Shown here one piece after another: positions 47,701 through 59,800 of a DNA stretch of 64,000 nucleotides. The notes under the pieces are model-generated. The model did not search any database. It had not been told where the DNA came from and saw only the letters and a program-made list of their open reading frames with translations. The translations under genes were made by a program, and so were the position numbers. The stretch spans positions 2,790,001-2,854,000 of the forward strand of contig CM068747.1 of NCBI GenBank assembly GCA_035084275.1, given 5' to 3'. This DNA comes from Hydrolagus colliei (taxonomy: Eukaryota). How positions within the stretch are numbered: the stretch's first letter is position 1; each line of letters starts with the position of its first letter.

Positions 47701-50700
47701 CACGCAATGTCCCGGTATTGTGTGTACCCAACCCTGACAAAATACCTCAGTTGCTGTGACTCTAATTTCAGTCATTTTTCTGCTGTCCCCACAATACAGA
47801 CCGATAACATTAGACACACACTGCTCCAACCTGCAGGGGGTCGTAAATAAAATCTAATAGCTGTGCTATGAGTATACTACAGGAGTGAGAAGACAAGCTT
47901 CAGCAGTTCTGTTGTACTTAAAATGGGTCCATTTAAATTAATCCAAGATTGGGAAGAAATTATCAAAGTGTTTGTTTGGGAGATCAATCCTCTCTTGCAC
48001 TGCCCTATATGATGAGAATGGTCCTCGTCATACAATGGTACATGGTAGCATCTAAAATGCTTCCAGACAATCAGTACAACACCACCACCAACAACAACAA
48101 CAACTTCAATTTATATAGCGCCCTCCACGCCAGACGGCGTCTCAGTACACAAACGTATGCAGAAGAATGAAAAATTAACAAATGAACATCTCACAAGTTT
48201 ACCTTGTTTCTGAACTATCCTTAAGCACCCTTTAAAATGACACAAATATCATTGTAATCCCAAGGACGGCAAGTAGTAACAATTGGGTCAATAAAGGTTG
48301 GTTTGGATCACGAAGGCCCTTCAGCCCACTTGATCACATCCGTTCAGAACACTCTACTCTCTGCCCATCGCTAGGTGAAGCTGCATGTTCACTGAATGCG
48401 GTGTCTAGGTCTCAACCACTCTTCTGGCCAATCTGTTTCAGTCTTTAATTACCCTCCGAGTAAAGAGCGCAGCAACTTGGAACAGGAATCTGAAATATGA
48501 TGGTATGTGGACCTTCACGGCATCTGCTGGCACTCTTGAAATATGTCCAAAGTTACAGGTTTATAGGTTTAAGTTTGTCTTTTATGCTTAATGGACCCTT
48601 GTTGAACCCTCTGACCGCAGATGTCCTTCCCCCACAAAATTCAATATTTATGAATGAAATATTCCATTACAGTCAACGCCTTCCAATCAGATGTAACAGC
48701 TTGTTCCTTTCCATTGAAGCTTGTGATGGAATGGACATGTCCTTTTGCTGAACCCATTACATATCTGCTGTGGGAATGCTTGTGTTATTAACCCTGTACT
48801 TTCAGCACCTTATGCAATGTAAAGATGATAGACCTGAATTAGGTGAATTCATTTTTCATTGCATGTTAATCCTGCATACTTTGATAAATGTTCCATATCT
48901 CTGAGAATATATGTTACAGTAACTATGACATTGTCTTATTACAGAATTCAAAATCCTCATCCTCACTTACAAGGCCCTCCTCTTGTCTCTCTAACCTGTC
49001 CACTCCCTCCCTCCACTCAGCAGGCTCTGGCCCAATCCACCCTACCATTGGTGGCTAGGCATTCTGCCTCTCTGCCCCCACCCTTTTGAAGTCCATCCCA
49101 CAATTGCTTTGCCCTATGTCCTCCCTTACCTCCTTTGAAGGCATGATTCAAAACCCTCTTTGTTGAGACTGTGCCTTCAACTGCCCTCCTGCCTCTCTGC
49201 CCTCCCTCATCCCAAACCTGCCCCTACAATGCTCGGGTACCGAACCCCAACTCTTCAGTGCCTTGGGCCGTCTTCCCGACGTGAAACAACAACAACAAAA
49301 TTGCACTTGAATAGCGCCTTTCACATCAGGAGGACGTCCCAAGGCGCTTTATAAATGTAATTTTGTTGTGGTTGTTGTTGATGAACAGGAAACATGGAGC
49401 AGACTTGAGCTACAGCTTCCAAGAAGCAAAAGGATAAAATGGTTCTCCTTTAATCTGATCCTAGCAGGTACCAGCTGTTTGTGAAGGGCAACCTTTTCAA
49501 AAAAAATTATTGCCGAACACCAGGATATGCGAGGAGCTTCCAGAAATTCAATCTCTCTCTTAATTCTGCACCCAAGTAGGTGAGATGCATGGTTAAAAAT
49601 GAAAATATTAAATAATTGGTTGATTTTTGTGACAAATACAGAAATAAATTCACAGAAATCAGCAAATCATGACATTGGCAATTCTGTAAAGAGAAATGGA
49701 CTATTTCTGCACAGAATGACAATGCTGTTCTGCTGAGGTAATTTGTTAAAGATGAAATGCTTCTGCCAGCCCTTCTGCCTATCTGATCTCAACCTTTCTA
49801 GAATATGCGCTGTCTCCTATCACAGGAGCTTTTTAAATGAATCCAGCATCCTGATCTGAATCATCTTTCACTACTGGTAGGAAAGATGTTGATCAATGGG
49901 GGTGCAGAAAGCAACAGACCTTTAGATCCCAAGCAACTCAATATTTCAACCACCCCCTAATTAGCTGCCTTACTATATAAACGTAATTTTGTTGTTGCTT
50001 AAGCATCGCTATATTCTCACCAAAATCTCACTCGCGTCGGTCACCTCACAGATGCAGAAAAATACACGTTACTCACATAGCACAAGACAGCTAACATGCA
50101 GTGAATGAAGAGAGCCTCGACAGCTGCACAGGAAGACATATTGAACGGTGGAGCTGACAAAGGTGTCACTGTGATGCGAGATCTCACCAAAGACACACAC
50201 TGGGATACTTTGTGCACGTAATAACCCGAACACAAATGGCCCTGCCCAGATACGTTTTATCCCTCTTTGCACCACTGTGACTGTGTGCAGAATTTCTAAT
50301 ATGTGCACTGTGCTGTTGTCATGGAAATGCACCGAGACAGTGCTGAATAAGAGCTCCAGTATCGAGTGTGTCAAATATTGGAGTATGTCAAATGTTTACG
50401 TATTTTTTATTAGAAATTTTTCACTGAATATCGAGTCTATTGCATGTTTAACCGAAACAAAATACTGTTGGTTGCACGTATCAGGAATTTAATTGTAGAA
50501 CAGTCTTACAATCATTTGAACCCAATTAAGTTAAATTACTTTCTCGCTCAACAATTTTGCAAATGGCATAAAATCAGCTGCAGCAACACAAATTGAATTG
50601 TTCCTTTTGCACATTCAAGGCCACACGCTCTTGTAAAAGGTCCCAATTCGTGGCTTATTCGCAGGTTCATTTGTATGTACTGCATTGTGCATATGCCTGG

Positions 50701-53700
50701 CTGTTGACCAAGAATATACACAGACTGAAGGATGTCCTGATCTGGTAAAAGGCCTTTGTTGTGAAACATTAATGTTGATTGAAGTAGTCAATCAAATTAG
50801 TAAGGGGGCCTCTGCTTCAGTAAGAAGGAGCCCTCTAGCCAAACCCCTCCATTTCCCCCTCCCCCCACCTTGGGATATCCTCCTGGTACACTATCAATGT
50901 AATTTTGTTGTTGTAGCTATCCTGTTGGAAATCTCTCAACGGTTTTTAAGATTTTCTAAAGTTTAAACTACTAAATTCAGTGGTAATGTGTGGACACTTT
51001 GACACGCATGAACCCATGATTAATTAGACAATTAATAAATCATTTTCACTGATTATAATTACATATTCAGACACGTGCAATTCCTGCTGTACTGTGTTAA
51101 CAATTGTGAGATGGTGAATAATCCAGATCCACTTATATGTATTCACACATGGAGCATAGATCAGTGCTGTGAATTTTTTGTTGGGGTGCCCAGGTAGATG
51201 GAATGACAAAATAAGTTGAATTGAATCAACTTTAGCCTATGGAAAATCTTACATAAGTCACATCAGTTGGGACCATACATTTAATGTGACTTACGGGAAG
51301 TATGTGTTATGTCAAATTTGGATAAGTCAGATTTTATATGATTGCACATAAATCCACAAGTAGTGAACTGGCTGGTGACATTAAGGAAAGATTTCAAAAA
51401 TAGCAATTTTCAGATCCATCATTTTCTGGAACAACCTTTTCATGTACTTTTCCACATGTTTTATTATCTGTTTTTTGGGAACATTCCTGTTGCCTTCCAT
51501 GATTGTGTTTTTCTTGGGAAATTATACAAATGTATCATTGATGAAGGTGGATATTAAAAGTCCACAATTGTTCACAATACTCAAAAATGTGTACTTTCAA
51601 GGCTGTTTCTTTTTTTAAAAAAAAGAAGTACATTATGGGGTCCTGTAACTCAGTAGATAGAGCATCCGACTTGCAACCAGGAGATCTGGATTCGATTCCT
51701 GGTAGGGCAAATCCTTGGGCAAGTTTCCTTACTCCACATGCCTGATAACACAACTACAAAATTACATTTGTAGAGTGCCTAATAAACCCTCAAGACAAAA
51801 AATAAATAAATTGGCCACTTCAATTGCACACTCCTGTGTGCAATTGGCTGCCATGTTTTGCCCACAAATATAGTCAATTCACTTTACGGTATATTCTTTG
51901 AAGCGCTTTGAGACGTCTAGAAGACGTGAAAAGCACTATATCAAATGCAAGGATTATTATAGTTATTTTTAAAGAAACATGAAAAAGAACAGCTTGCTAG
52001 GTCATAGCAGTGATGCTGCCTGTCTGATAACTAGGCGCTGGAATTTTTCCAATAAACGTGTTTTGAGAACTACAGAAAAACATATTTACTGTATAATCAA
52101 GACTAAATTCCATAATTAGCCAAGTTCTAGGTGCTCTGAAATGCTGCATAAATAGATAAAATCTCTTCTAAGGAGCTATCTGGTTGAATAGTTCTGAAGA
52201 AATTCCAGGTCATGGGAGTCGCTTCGGGTGTCAGAAACGGTTGACTCACTTTCCTTTCTCCATAGATGCTGCCTGACCCAGCTGAGTGTTCGCAACGATT
52301 TCTGTTTGTGTTTCAAGATTTCCAGCATCTGCAGTATTTTTCATTCACGTCAAACTCTGAGATTACTGTGCCTATGGGAGAAAGACTGGCAGCTATCCAG
52401 CACCCTGCAACAGATGCATACAGCAAGCCTGAGCCAAATGCCTTCAGCATTACATTTTATGAAGGTCACAAGCATTATTGAACATGCAGGATATATTTTA
52501 CACGCAATTTGTAACGCCCACAAAAATGTATTAACTGCCACCAAATAACCACTGTAGGTTCAGAAAGCTTTAGGCTCAAGGGCCCATTTTCACACTTGTG
52601 GTAAGGCGAATCGTTTTGCTAGAAGTAAATTATAAATAATAAGAAGAATTATCCTTGCATTTGATATGGTGCTTCTCACATCTTCTGGATGTCTCAAAGC
52701 CTTGGGACGTCCTCCCGATGTGAAAGGTGCTGCACAAATATAATTTTGTTGATGCTCACAGAATATACTGTAAAGTGAAATGACAGTATATTTGTGGCCA
52801 AAACGTGGCACACAACAGTGTGGGTTGAAGTGACACAATTTTATTACTTTGTTTTTCTTGAGGGATTATTATCAGGCGTGTGGAGTAAGAAAACTTGTCC
52901 AACGTTTCGCTTGCGAGGCGAGTGCTCTAACCACTGATTTACAGGACTCCCACACATTTCTGAAGAGCCTCACGTGTAAAATAAAGCATAGGAAACAGGG
53001 TTAGGTCAAAATATAACCCCCAAGCAGTTTCATTTAAGCACAAGCATCACTTTAGAGATCTACTCTGCTCTATTTCTGCAAAACATCAAAGGCAACATTT
53101 GTGAGTGCTGTACTGTATTATAAATTTCTTGACATTAATCCCAAATTAATACTTTTGAGGCTGTTTCAGCAGCCCTTCCAAATAATTTTTGTCACAAGCA
53201 AGCAGGCAAGCATTGCATGAATGAAAAAAAGAAGGAAGGAAAGGAAGGGAAGGAGGGAGGGAGGGGAAGAAAGGAAATAAAGGATTGCCTATTAATTCAC
53301 TTGCTTTGAGTGTCTTAGAAAACTGACGTTTCTCCCACAAAATATACAATCAATTCATTTCACACTATATTCTGTGAAGCACTTTGAGACGTCTCAAAGA
53401 CATGAAGAGGCGCTATATCAAATGCAAGGATTTTTGTTGTCCTATCTGTGTGGAAAATAGCATTGCTGCTACTCTCCCAAGCCGAATGATCACTTGAATT
53501 GTGCAGATGCTGCAGATGCTCCCAATTCTCCCTAATGTCTCTGTGCTGAGTCAGACGGCACGTTCTTAAGTCTGAGCCTGCACTGATTAATAAGGCCTGA
53601 TTGGATTTGATGCATTGTGTGATTGCAACAAAACGTAAACAGACATGGGGGCGGGGGTGGTGGGGGGGGTAAAACTGGAGTCAAAGTCAGATCACAAGAG

Positions 53701-56700
53701 GTAATCCATATCCCTTGTGTCTTTATCTTTTTAGCCACCCCCTCCCCACACCCCCCCCCTCCCCCCCACCACCACCACTCCCAAAACCAGTGCTAAATTA
53801 ATCCAATTACAAAATTTCAACAAGCATAAAGTACACTCCAACCTCTTTACCCAGTTTCCCAAACTGGGTCAGAAACTGGCTCACAAAATCATAATCTCAA
53901 AATCCAGTCCCTCAACATCGAATGGCAGCACAGGGAGCTCTGGTTGGTCCCACGTTCATCTCTGTACGATCAATGTCATTGTTGTGGTTATTATTGTTGA
54001 GCTGAATTGATATCCATGACCAGGTTAAAGCTGGATAAAGCTGCATGAGACCTTAGCCAAAAAACACCCAAATCCCTTCAGTAGTTCACCTCTTGGATAC
54101 CGCTGTGAAGAAGGATCCATTGCAACATTTCACCCACAATTTATAATCCGATCACAGATTTGAAGCAAACTGATTACTTTGTGATACTGCAAGGCACGCA
54201 GACCCCAAAACATGGACATGATAAACACTTGGTCTCACAGTTCAAGAGACAACTCCACGGATCCTTCAACCCAACTAAGCAACAGTATTACTTCCTCAAC
54301 ATGTTCACCCGCAAAATAAACCGTATTTCCTGTAAAGCAGTTTGATATGTCTTGATGACATAACAACAAAAAAATTACATTTATATAGCACCTTTCACAT
54401 CAGGAGGATGTCTCAGTGTTTCAGACCCGAGCTGGGACCAGGATCGGGGAGCGTGGAGGGAAAGGAGGGAATTTGGGGTGACCGATGGGACCGTCGAAGA
54501 AGAGGGTCTTGAAGGAGGCCGGGGAGGGGGAGAGGCAGAGGAACTGTGGGATGGAAGGATTATTTATACAAGGATTATTACTTTATGTAAATCTCAGCAA
54601 GAACCAACAGACAATTTCTGTTACTTTAAGACTGAAGCTTTAAAAAACTTGAACCTTATCACCATTACCTTTGCTGAACATTAAACATTTCTTAACAAAA
54701 TACTAATACTAGACACATCTCTAAACAAGAAACAAGTTTGGGATTAATTGAATTCCTCTTTATTTCCTGTCTATTTGCAATCTTATTTTAAGGTCAAGTG
54801 ATGTGAACACCATCAATTGGCTTGGAGGAGCTATTGTGTGAAGGCAAGATCAATGATCTTATATGATACTGGTAATTCATTCACTCAATTCAGCTCCTCC
54901 ACACTGCTGGGCAGTTATTCCTCCAACAATGTTATCACGACTGGCTGTTTCAAAGAGAGAGATTTCAACAACAACAAAATTACGTTTGTATAGTGCCTTT
55001 ACAAACATCGGGAGCACATCCCAGGTAAAGAAAAGTGAGACTGAGTGACACCAGCTAGCTCAGAGCTGGTCCCTGTTTTTAAGGCCCTGGTATACCAACC
55101 ATTCATTGCCCATTGCTGTACTCAGGGATACAGTTTATGGACTGAAATCACTACGTTATATCAGGGTCGGTCAGTGTAGAGTTCTCGCTCTTTAGAATTG
55201 GGTGGCATTGTGAATGGCAGATTCGCTGCCTTGATAAATCACCTGGAAACAAATCATTTTGTTTTAAAGAAAGCTTTGCTGGTGATCAGTTTTGGAGAGA
55301 ATCATCAGGACTCTGTTCACTGTAAAGCTTCAGTGATTGTGTTTTTAAAATAATGCTATTAGCTTCCTCGCCATCCCCCAGGAGAGTGAATTTGAGACAC
55401 GTTCTCTCTCCTTTAAATCCCTCCGTGCCCAGATCCCACCTCTGCCAACTCCTGCAATGATACCCAGTTTGGTTCCTTCCTTTGCTCATTGAACACTAAT
55501 GTCCCACCTCACAATCAACCCCAACCAATAATGGCGAACTTCTGCTCCTGCTCTCTGCAACCGCAGAGCACCTGTGAATCCTTTCCTCCCACTCTCTCGA
55601 CATTTAAACCTCTTTGATCAAGCTTTAATCGGTATTCTTTCTCCACTCCACTGTCTTAAGTTTTCAACACCACCCACCCAACCCACCCCCCCCCCATGGC
55701 CTCTTGGATGCCCAGGCAGAAAAGTCAAGTATTTTGAGACATCCTCCCATTGTGAAAGGCAGCAATATAAATGTAAATTGTACTGCATCATTGAAACTAC
55801 TTGCAAAACGCTGTCTTCAAAGCTTATTCCTGGATTAATAATGTCGTCTCAGACGTCACACATTCGCAAAATGTTCCTAACTCTATAAAGTTCCACTTCC
55901 ATGAATCACTCTCCTATCCAGCTGAGATCAATCTGGTTTTTGAAGTACAGTACACTGATGATGAACAACTGGAACTTTCTGATCTTCAATTGGTACTTGC
56001 TGAAATGTTGGTATTTTTCATTGACGCAATACGATATAATATTTATTTTTCCCCAAAAAAATACACAAGTCTGGAAAGGGTATCGTTAATCTGCACTTAT
56101 CCATTTCGGCATCAGGTCTGGGAGAGAATCCAAACCACAATACATCTGTTGCATGTGCATAGTGATGATTATTCAACACCCGCAGCTCATAATGACAAGT
56201 AGGAACTCTGTACCACACAGAGGTACATACAGCTGTCTGCATATTTGCTCTGCAGTAGCAAGATGGCAAGGTATGTGGTTTTAGTTGGTTAGACTCCAGC
56301 CGAGATTCAACACACACTGCAAAATCCCTAAGCTTTGGCTCTTACCAACCTGCGCCTGATACTTTCCAAATTAGGCAAGAAAGATGTGTCCCTGCCGGCA
56401 GAGAGTATACATTCCAGTCCAATAATCTCTCTCTGGTATTTCCATGTTGTAGGTGAGTTTCATTGAACTCTCTGCTTGATTTCGATACTCTTAAGCAATA
56501 TGATGGGTTTTCTGCATGTGTCAGATACCCGGCTGACCAGACACAATATCGCACTGCGGTATCTATATATAGTACAATAATCTCAAAGTTGAAGATAAAA
56601 GGAGCAAAATTTACTGTACCTGCTGATGTTGCATCTCCAGCTTTCAAATCACCATTGATCCCATTTGCTTTCGTCGTCGCGTAGGCTGTTTGATTTCCTT

Positions 56701-56881
56701 CCCCGTGGCGTCCGCCTGCTGGGTGCTCTCTCTCTGAGTAGCCATTCTCAGTCCGGGATATGTTTTCTCCTGAAGGACTCTGCTCTTTGAACTCAGCAGC
56801 AAACTGATGTGAGGTGGCCTCCAGAAGAGTGTTTGTGCCCCATTGCTGCGCTTTCGCTTCCAACTTCCTGTCGTCAGCCAT
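11555..56881 (-). CDS. MAP2: Microtubule-associated protein 2, complete CDS; join of 56620-56881, 45882-46043, 41639-41713, 39146-39388, 35056-35298, 29626-33933, 29182-29385, 28804-28935, 28111-28187, 25291-25455, 23708-23855, 22737-22811, 21961-22289, 16897-16989, 12790-12871, 12573-12685, 11555-11770
   Basis: N-terminus MADDRK, PKA-RII-binding [22 protein letters not shown], giant projection-domain exon, Pro-rich region, four tau/MAP repeats, C-terminus ...[17 protein letters not shown]. Exon lengths sum to 6927 nt, in frame. Confidence 0.97.
12064..12230. repeat. Local tandem duplication, two units of about 90 bp
   Basis: cccaaactgc.g.gctaaa...ttatttaaaa.agca.aaaataagttattt...taaaggatagcttt occurs twice in the last MAP2 intron. 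Confidence 0.8.
12573..12685 (-). CDS. MAP2: MAP2 repeat-4 exon (113 nt)
   Basis: gtgcag|[38 protein letters not shown]|gtagga. Confidence 0.96.
12790..12871 (-). CDS. MAP2: MAP2 repeat-3 exon (82 nt)
   Basis: cttcag|[27 protein letters not shown]|gtacaa. Confidence 0.96.
16897..16989 (-). CDS. MAP2: MAP2 alternative repeat-2 exon (93 nt; MAP2d / tau exon 10 equivalent)
   Basis: atccag|[31 protein letters not shown]|gtaagt. Confidence 0.9.
19395..19456 (+). mobile_element. Isolated L2-type 3' tail (~60 nt), representative of 10 or more copies
   Basis: cagcgccttgggacgtcctcctgacgtgaaaggccctata...ttttgttgttgtt; similar copies near 1772, 21709, 34295, 44648, 45032, 50868, 52698, 54362, 59971 and 62314. 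Confidence 0.8.
21440..21645 (-). mobile_element. Old CR1-like LINE 3' fragment
   Basis: Antisense motifs (accattcttggtaacctgttcc...gtaaagaaac; aaaatcttgaatacctc) typical of the CR1 ORF2 C-terminus. Confidence 0.45.
21961..22289 (-). CDS. MAP2: MAP2 Pro-rich exon with microtubule-binding repeat 1 (329 nt)
   Basis: cctag|...[17 protein letters not shown]...[12 protein letters not shown]...[24 protein letters not shown]|gtatga. Confidence 0.96.
22737..22811 (-). CDS. MAP2: MAP2 predicted extra cassette exon (75 nt)
   Basis: Long pyrimidine tract and tgtag acceptor, (T)[24 protein letters not shown], donor CAG|gtagcc; symmetric phase 1-1 and open frame. Confidence 0.65.
23708..23855 (-). CDS. 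MAP2: MAP2 exon (148 nt)
   Basis: acacag|[24 protein letters not shown]...APKRPT|gttagt. Confidence 0.94.
24147..24470 (-). mobile_element. tRNA-headed SINE copy
   Basis: Full reverse-complement copy. Confidence 0.85.
25291..25455 (-). CDS. MAP2: MAP2 alternative exon (exon 13-like, 165 nt; 174 nt with the second donor, ending at 25282)
   Basis: gtcaag|[55 protein letters not shown]|gtaaga; resembles the recalled human NSTLSKIP...SAC...PTSAG exon; phase 0-0. Confidence 0.82.
28111..28187 (-). CDS. MAP2: MAP2 exon (77 nt)
   Basis: cttcag|(A)[25 protein letters not shown]|gtaagt; supplies the phase 1 to 0 change needed to reach the downstream exons. Confidence 0.88.
28804..28935 (-). CDS. 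MAP2: MAP2 exon (132 nt)
   Basis: aacag|(V)[43 protein letters not shown]|gtgact. Confidence 0.93.
29182..29385 (-). CDS. MAP2: MAP2 exon (204 nt)
   Basis: ctgcag|(D)EESII...[13 protein letters not shown]...KKRK|gttcat. Confidence 0.92.
29626..33933 (-). CDS. MAP2: MAP2 giant projection-domain exon (4308 nt)
   Basis: ctttag|(D)LLTATK...; conserved motifs [54 protein letters not shown]; donor G|gtgccc. Confidence 0.96.
35056..35298 (-). CDS. MAP2: MAP2 alternative cassette exon (exon 8 / MAP2a-like, 243 nt)
   Basis: gagtag|(E)[30 protein letters not shown]...[11 protein letters not shown]|gtgtgt; symmetric phase 1-1. Confidence 0.8.
39146..39388 (-). CDS. MAP2: MAP2 alternative cassette exon (exon 7A-like, 243 nt)
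   Basis: tttgtag|(D)LRVEVKAKP...[30 protein letters not shown]...CSQDK|gtgaac; symmetric phase 1-1; TGCATG about 63 nt downstream. Confidence 0.8.
41639..41713 (-). CDS. MAP2: MAP2 exon (75 nt)
   Basis: gtgcag|(V)[24 protein letters not shown]|gtaagg. Confidence 0.94.
41975..42080 (-). mobile_element. SINE 3' fragment
   Basis: ttgcatttgatatagtgcttttcacgtcttc...caaagcgcttcac. Confidence 0.7.
42745..42842 (+). mobile_element. CR1-type LINE 3' tail
   Basis: gatgggttgaatggccttcttttgtgctgtaaatttctatg; a related tail lies at 2335-2385. Confidence 0.55.
43528..43901 (-). mobile_element. tRNA-headed SINE copy (variant with an extra internal segment)
   Basis: Family head and tail, plus a segment at about 43745-43805 absent from the other copies. 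Confidence 0.82.
43985..44352 (+). mobile_element. Older full-length Deu-domain SINE
   Basis: Degenerate tRNA head, Deu-like core ttcagttggattttaaagatcccatg...gttctc...ggtcatt...tttgtgggatattgctg and tail. Related fragments at about 45340-45510 and 59720-59940. Confidence 0.65.
45882..46043 (-). CDS. MAP2: MAP2 exon encoding the PKA RII-binding helix (162 nt)
   Basis: aagcag|(E)[21 protein letters not shown]...QPFS|gtaaag; NAGNAG acceptor. Confidence 0.94.
45893..45966 (-). repeat. Coding 12-nt tandem repeat ([12 protein letters not shown] x6)
   Basis: [24 protein letters not shown] inside the MAP2 RII exon. Confidence 0.8.
46985..47165 (+). mobile_element. SINE 3' half
   Basis: aatccatgactgtttgtgggatactgc...cagtatattctgtgaagcgcttt. 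Confidence 0.7.
48945..49380 (+). mobile_element. L2 LINE 3' fragment ending in a palindromic double tail
   Basis: ttcaaaatcctcatcctcacttacaaggccctcc...ctctgcccccaccc, then tails in both orientations. Confidence 0.75.
51637..51960 (+). mobile_element. tRNA-headed SINE copy
   Basis: Head ggggtcctgtaactcagtagatagagc...ggattcgattcc; tail gacgtctagaagacgtgaaaagcactatatcaaatgcaaggattattat. Confidence 0.87.
52638..52950 (-). mobile_element. tRNA-headed SINE with an L2 tail inserted in the opposite orientation (about 52698-52753)
   Basis: The consensus gtctcaaagc^gcttcacagaatat is split by cttgggacgtcctcccgatgtgaaaggtgc...ttttgttg. Confidence 0.82.
54362..54555 (-). mobile_element. L2 3' fragment, antisense
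   Basis: Tail plus a gaagagggtcttgaag segment homologous to 7890-8010. Confidence 0.7.
56620..56881 (-). CDS. MAP2: MAP2 first coding exon (262 nt CDS; exon begins at 56902)
   Basis: [14 protein letters not shown]...[17 protein letters not shown]|gtacag; upstream acceptor cgcag at 56903. Confidence 0.94.
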
Positions 56882-59800
56882 TGCTCTCGGTTAGATCCTC
56901 ACCTGCGATGAAGAGTAAGTGTCCCTGTTAAAGCCGACGGCTAAACCTTTGAAACCAGCCTCTAGTATTCAATTTCGCTTTCGTACAATAAATGTGATTA
57001 CTTTGAAGACTGTCATCCAACCACTAAATGGAAAAAAAAACATCGTTAACATTTTGCCCTTTTTACAGTTAGTTGACGCACTCGAACCTGTGTTTTTTGT
57101 GTCTGAAGTCTGCGGGGATTTTGTGTACTGAACCAACAGTAAATGTTCCAGGTGCATTCATCCGCCTAACAGATTGTAAGTGTGTTTTGCCTTTCCAATC
57201 ATTATATGCTTTATCGAGCATTGAGTCAGACTGAGTAGCAACAACCAGCTCAGTGTTCTCCTCATTTGACACCGGTGAGTAAATGTTGGCACTCGTGTGG
57301 TCGTTTTGCACATTCAATGTTCTGCTGGACCAAACATTATAACAACATCTTCGATTTGACATTATGGGACACTGTCGTGCGCAAATTAACTGCCGCGTCA
57401 GCCTACAAAATGCACACTTCGGTCACTGACTGAATCCCGTGACATTGACATTGAATCCTGTGAAGTGCATTGAGATGTCTCTCGATGTGAAAGGTTCTGT
57501 ATCAAATGCAAGGATTATTATCATTAATACGATTACTGATTTAACCCACACGACTCCCTTCAAGGTGTAGGAGAGAGGCCACAGCAGATGGAGCTATTGT
57601 AGTGTGTAAAACAATGAAACAAATCATTGTGTACACCACCCCCATCTGCTGGTAGATCAACAAGAGAAAAGGACCTTCTGGGAAGATAAGGAGACTACAA
57701 ATACTTAAATATCTTTTTAACCATTTCAAAATAAACTTTTAATTAAAAAAAATTAAACCATCAGGAGCACCTAGGGTTGGGAATATAGCTGTTAAAGGGA
57801 AATGAAGGCATATACAGCTCCTTTACTGAGCATCTTCAAAACATTCATTCTCAAAACGTGCCCAGCTGGAGATACGAGTCGGCTTAACAAATCCATTGTC
57901 AGCCATACAAAATGTCCCCCGAGACTAGACCTGCCTAAGATGCTCATTTTAAATAAACCAAAGACGGAACAAAACAGCTGCTTCCCCGATACAGCTTGGG
58001 AGCAAAGGGATTTTTTGCTGAAGGATTTCAGCCTCATTTAATCAGCCTTCCCGCATAAATGCATTCAAAATGCAAGACATGACTGGCTTGCCAGTGAGCC
58101 GGTCAGTCAGTACAGGAACCAGAGGCCATGCAACAGCGATGCAGAGTTTCAAGGGAGCCAGGGGCAGAGACTTGAAGCAGGAAGCACACTGTGTCAATTC
58201 AGCGTTTATTTGCAATGAAAATGTCATGCCTGGAATACCAATGTCAACGTAATGGTTGACCTGCAATTCTCTATGTCAAAGTCTTCCCATTTATGTACTA
58301 CTAAAAGACACCTCACGGAACTGTTACTCAGCTTCCTTTGTGAGCACAGTGCAAGCTTATTCTGATAATAGTGCAAATTGAACTATCGTAGATTACTCTC
58401 ATCACCTTTCACATTCAGATCAATTACTCTGCTGATCAACACGATCCCTCTACTCTCACTACTGCCAAGTCAAACTATAAAATGTGAAATAATTGCAGAA
58501 ACGAACACTAAATTACAATAAGCAACTCAATAAGGCAAACTTGTGCAGATTATTTATGCAACAACAGTTTCTGAAATCATTCCTTTGTTTCTGATTTACC
58601 ACCTTATTGTGGGAAATTATACCCAACATATGAGGCAATGAAGTGACACCCTTCAACTTGAAATTGGATGTCCGCCATCAAGGCTTGAGGAAAACAAGGC
58701 ACATCCACTAATATTTTCATAAGCCAAGCTTTTTCTAAGGCTCCTTTTTCTCAAGTATGTTTTGTTCCTTGCCACAACCACATATTATCCTCATTTAACA
58801 CTGCGTTCACGTAACTGCTGGATGAGTTACTCATCTCATTCAGATTTCGTAAATTGTGAATCCCTTGGAATGGACCCCAAATATTATTTTGCCCAGCGCT
58901 GCTCAAATCACATTGCTTCACAACATCTGATTGAAATTAACCACACGTTGGACAAGTACCAGATCACAGCAAAGCTCCATGCTATTTACACTCATTCTTT
59001 CTCACATTACGGGCAACTGTCTCTAATTGTTTGTGTCTGTAATTTCCATGCACTTACTACGCAGGCAATGTGAATTTTTGTCCCTCCGTTGGGGGAAAAG
59101 CACATTGATCGTCTTACAGATCGAAGCATTCAACTATTGAATGGTATAGTTATGTCTGAGGTTCAGTAACAAAACGTTAAACAACATTTGGATGCCAATA
59201 AAAAGCACTGGATGTTGCACAAATGCAGATACGCTCCATCACATGAATATAAGATCAGTCGGATGTCGGACAAATTCACAACAGTCTCATAATTTCAAAA
59301 GGGCACAGTTCACATTAAAAATTATTGGCAAACTATTTTTTGTTTGTGAAACATTTAAAGGGTGACACAAAATCCTATTAATTGCATGAACTTCATTGCA
59401 TTGCTTGTTCAATGCAAGCACACAAGCTATGCTATTAACATAGTTATGATTGAACTGTGAAAGACAAGCAAACAAAAAGCAAAGGTAACAAGGAGTCAAC
59501 AGTACCAACAGAAGAGAAAACATGAGCCTTATTCAGCCCATACAGAAAATGAAAATAAATAATAGTAAAATAAATGTACACAACAGAACATCGCATGACA
59601 TTATTCAAACTTTAGGACTGATTTAGGACAACAGTGGTATTTTCCACTCGTAGTGTTCCTACGTTTATTTTTTCTAATATAGACACCAGTCAATACATTG
59701 AAAACCTGCAATCATAATAATCTCGCTTCTGAGTCAGAAGGTTGCGGTTCAAGGCTCATACGAAAAATTTTAATCTTTAGAATCTAGGTTGACACTTCAG

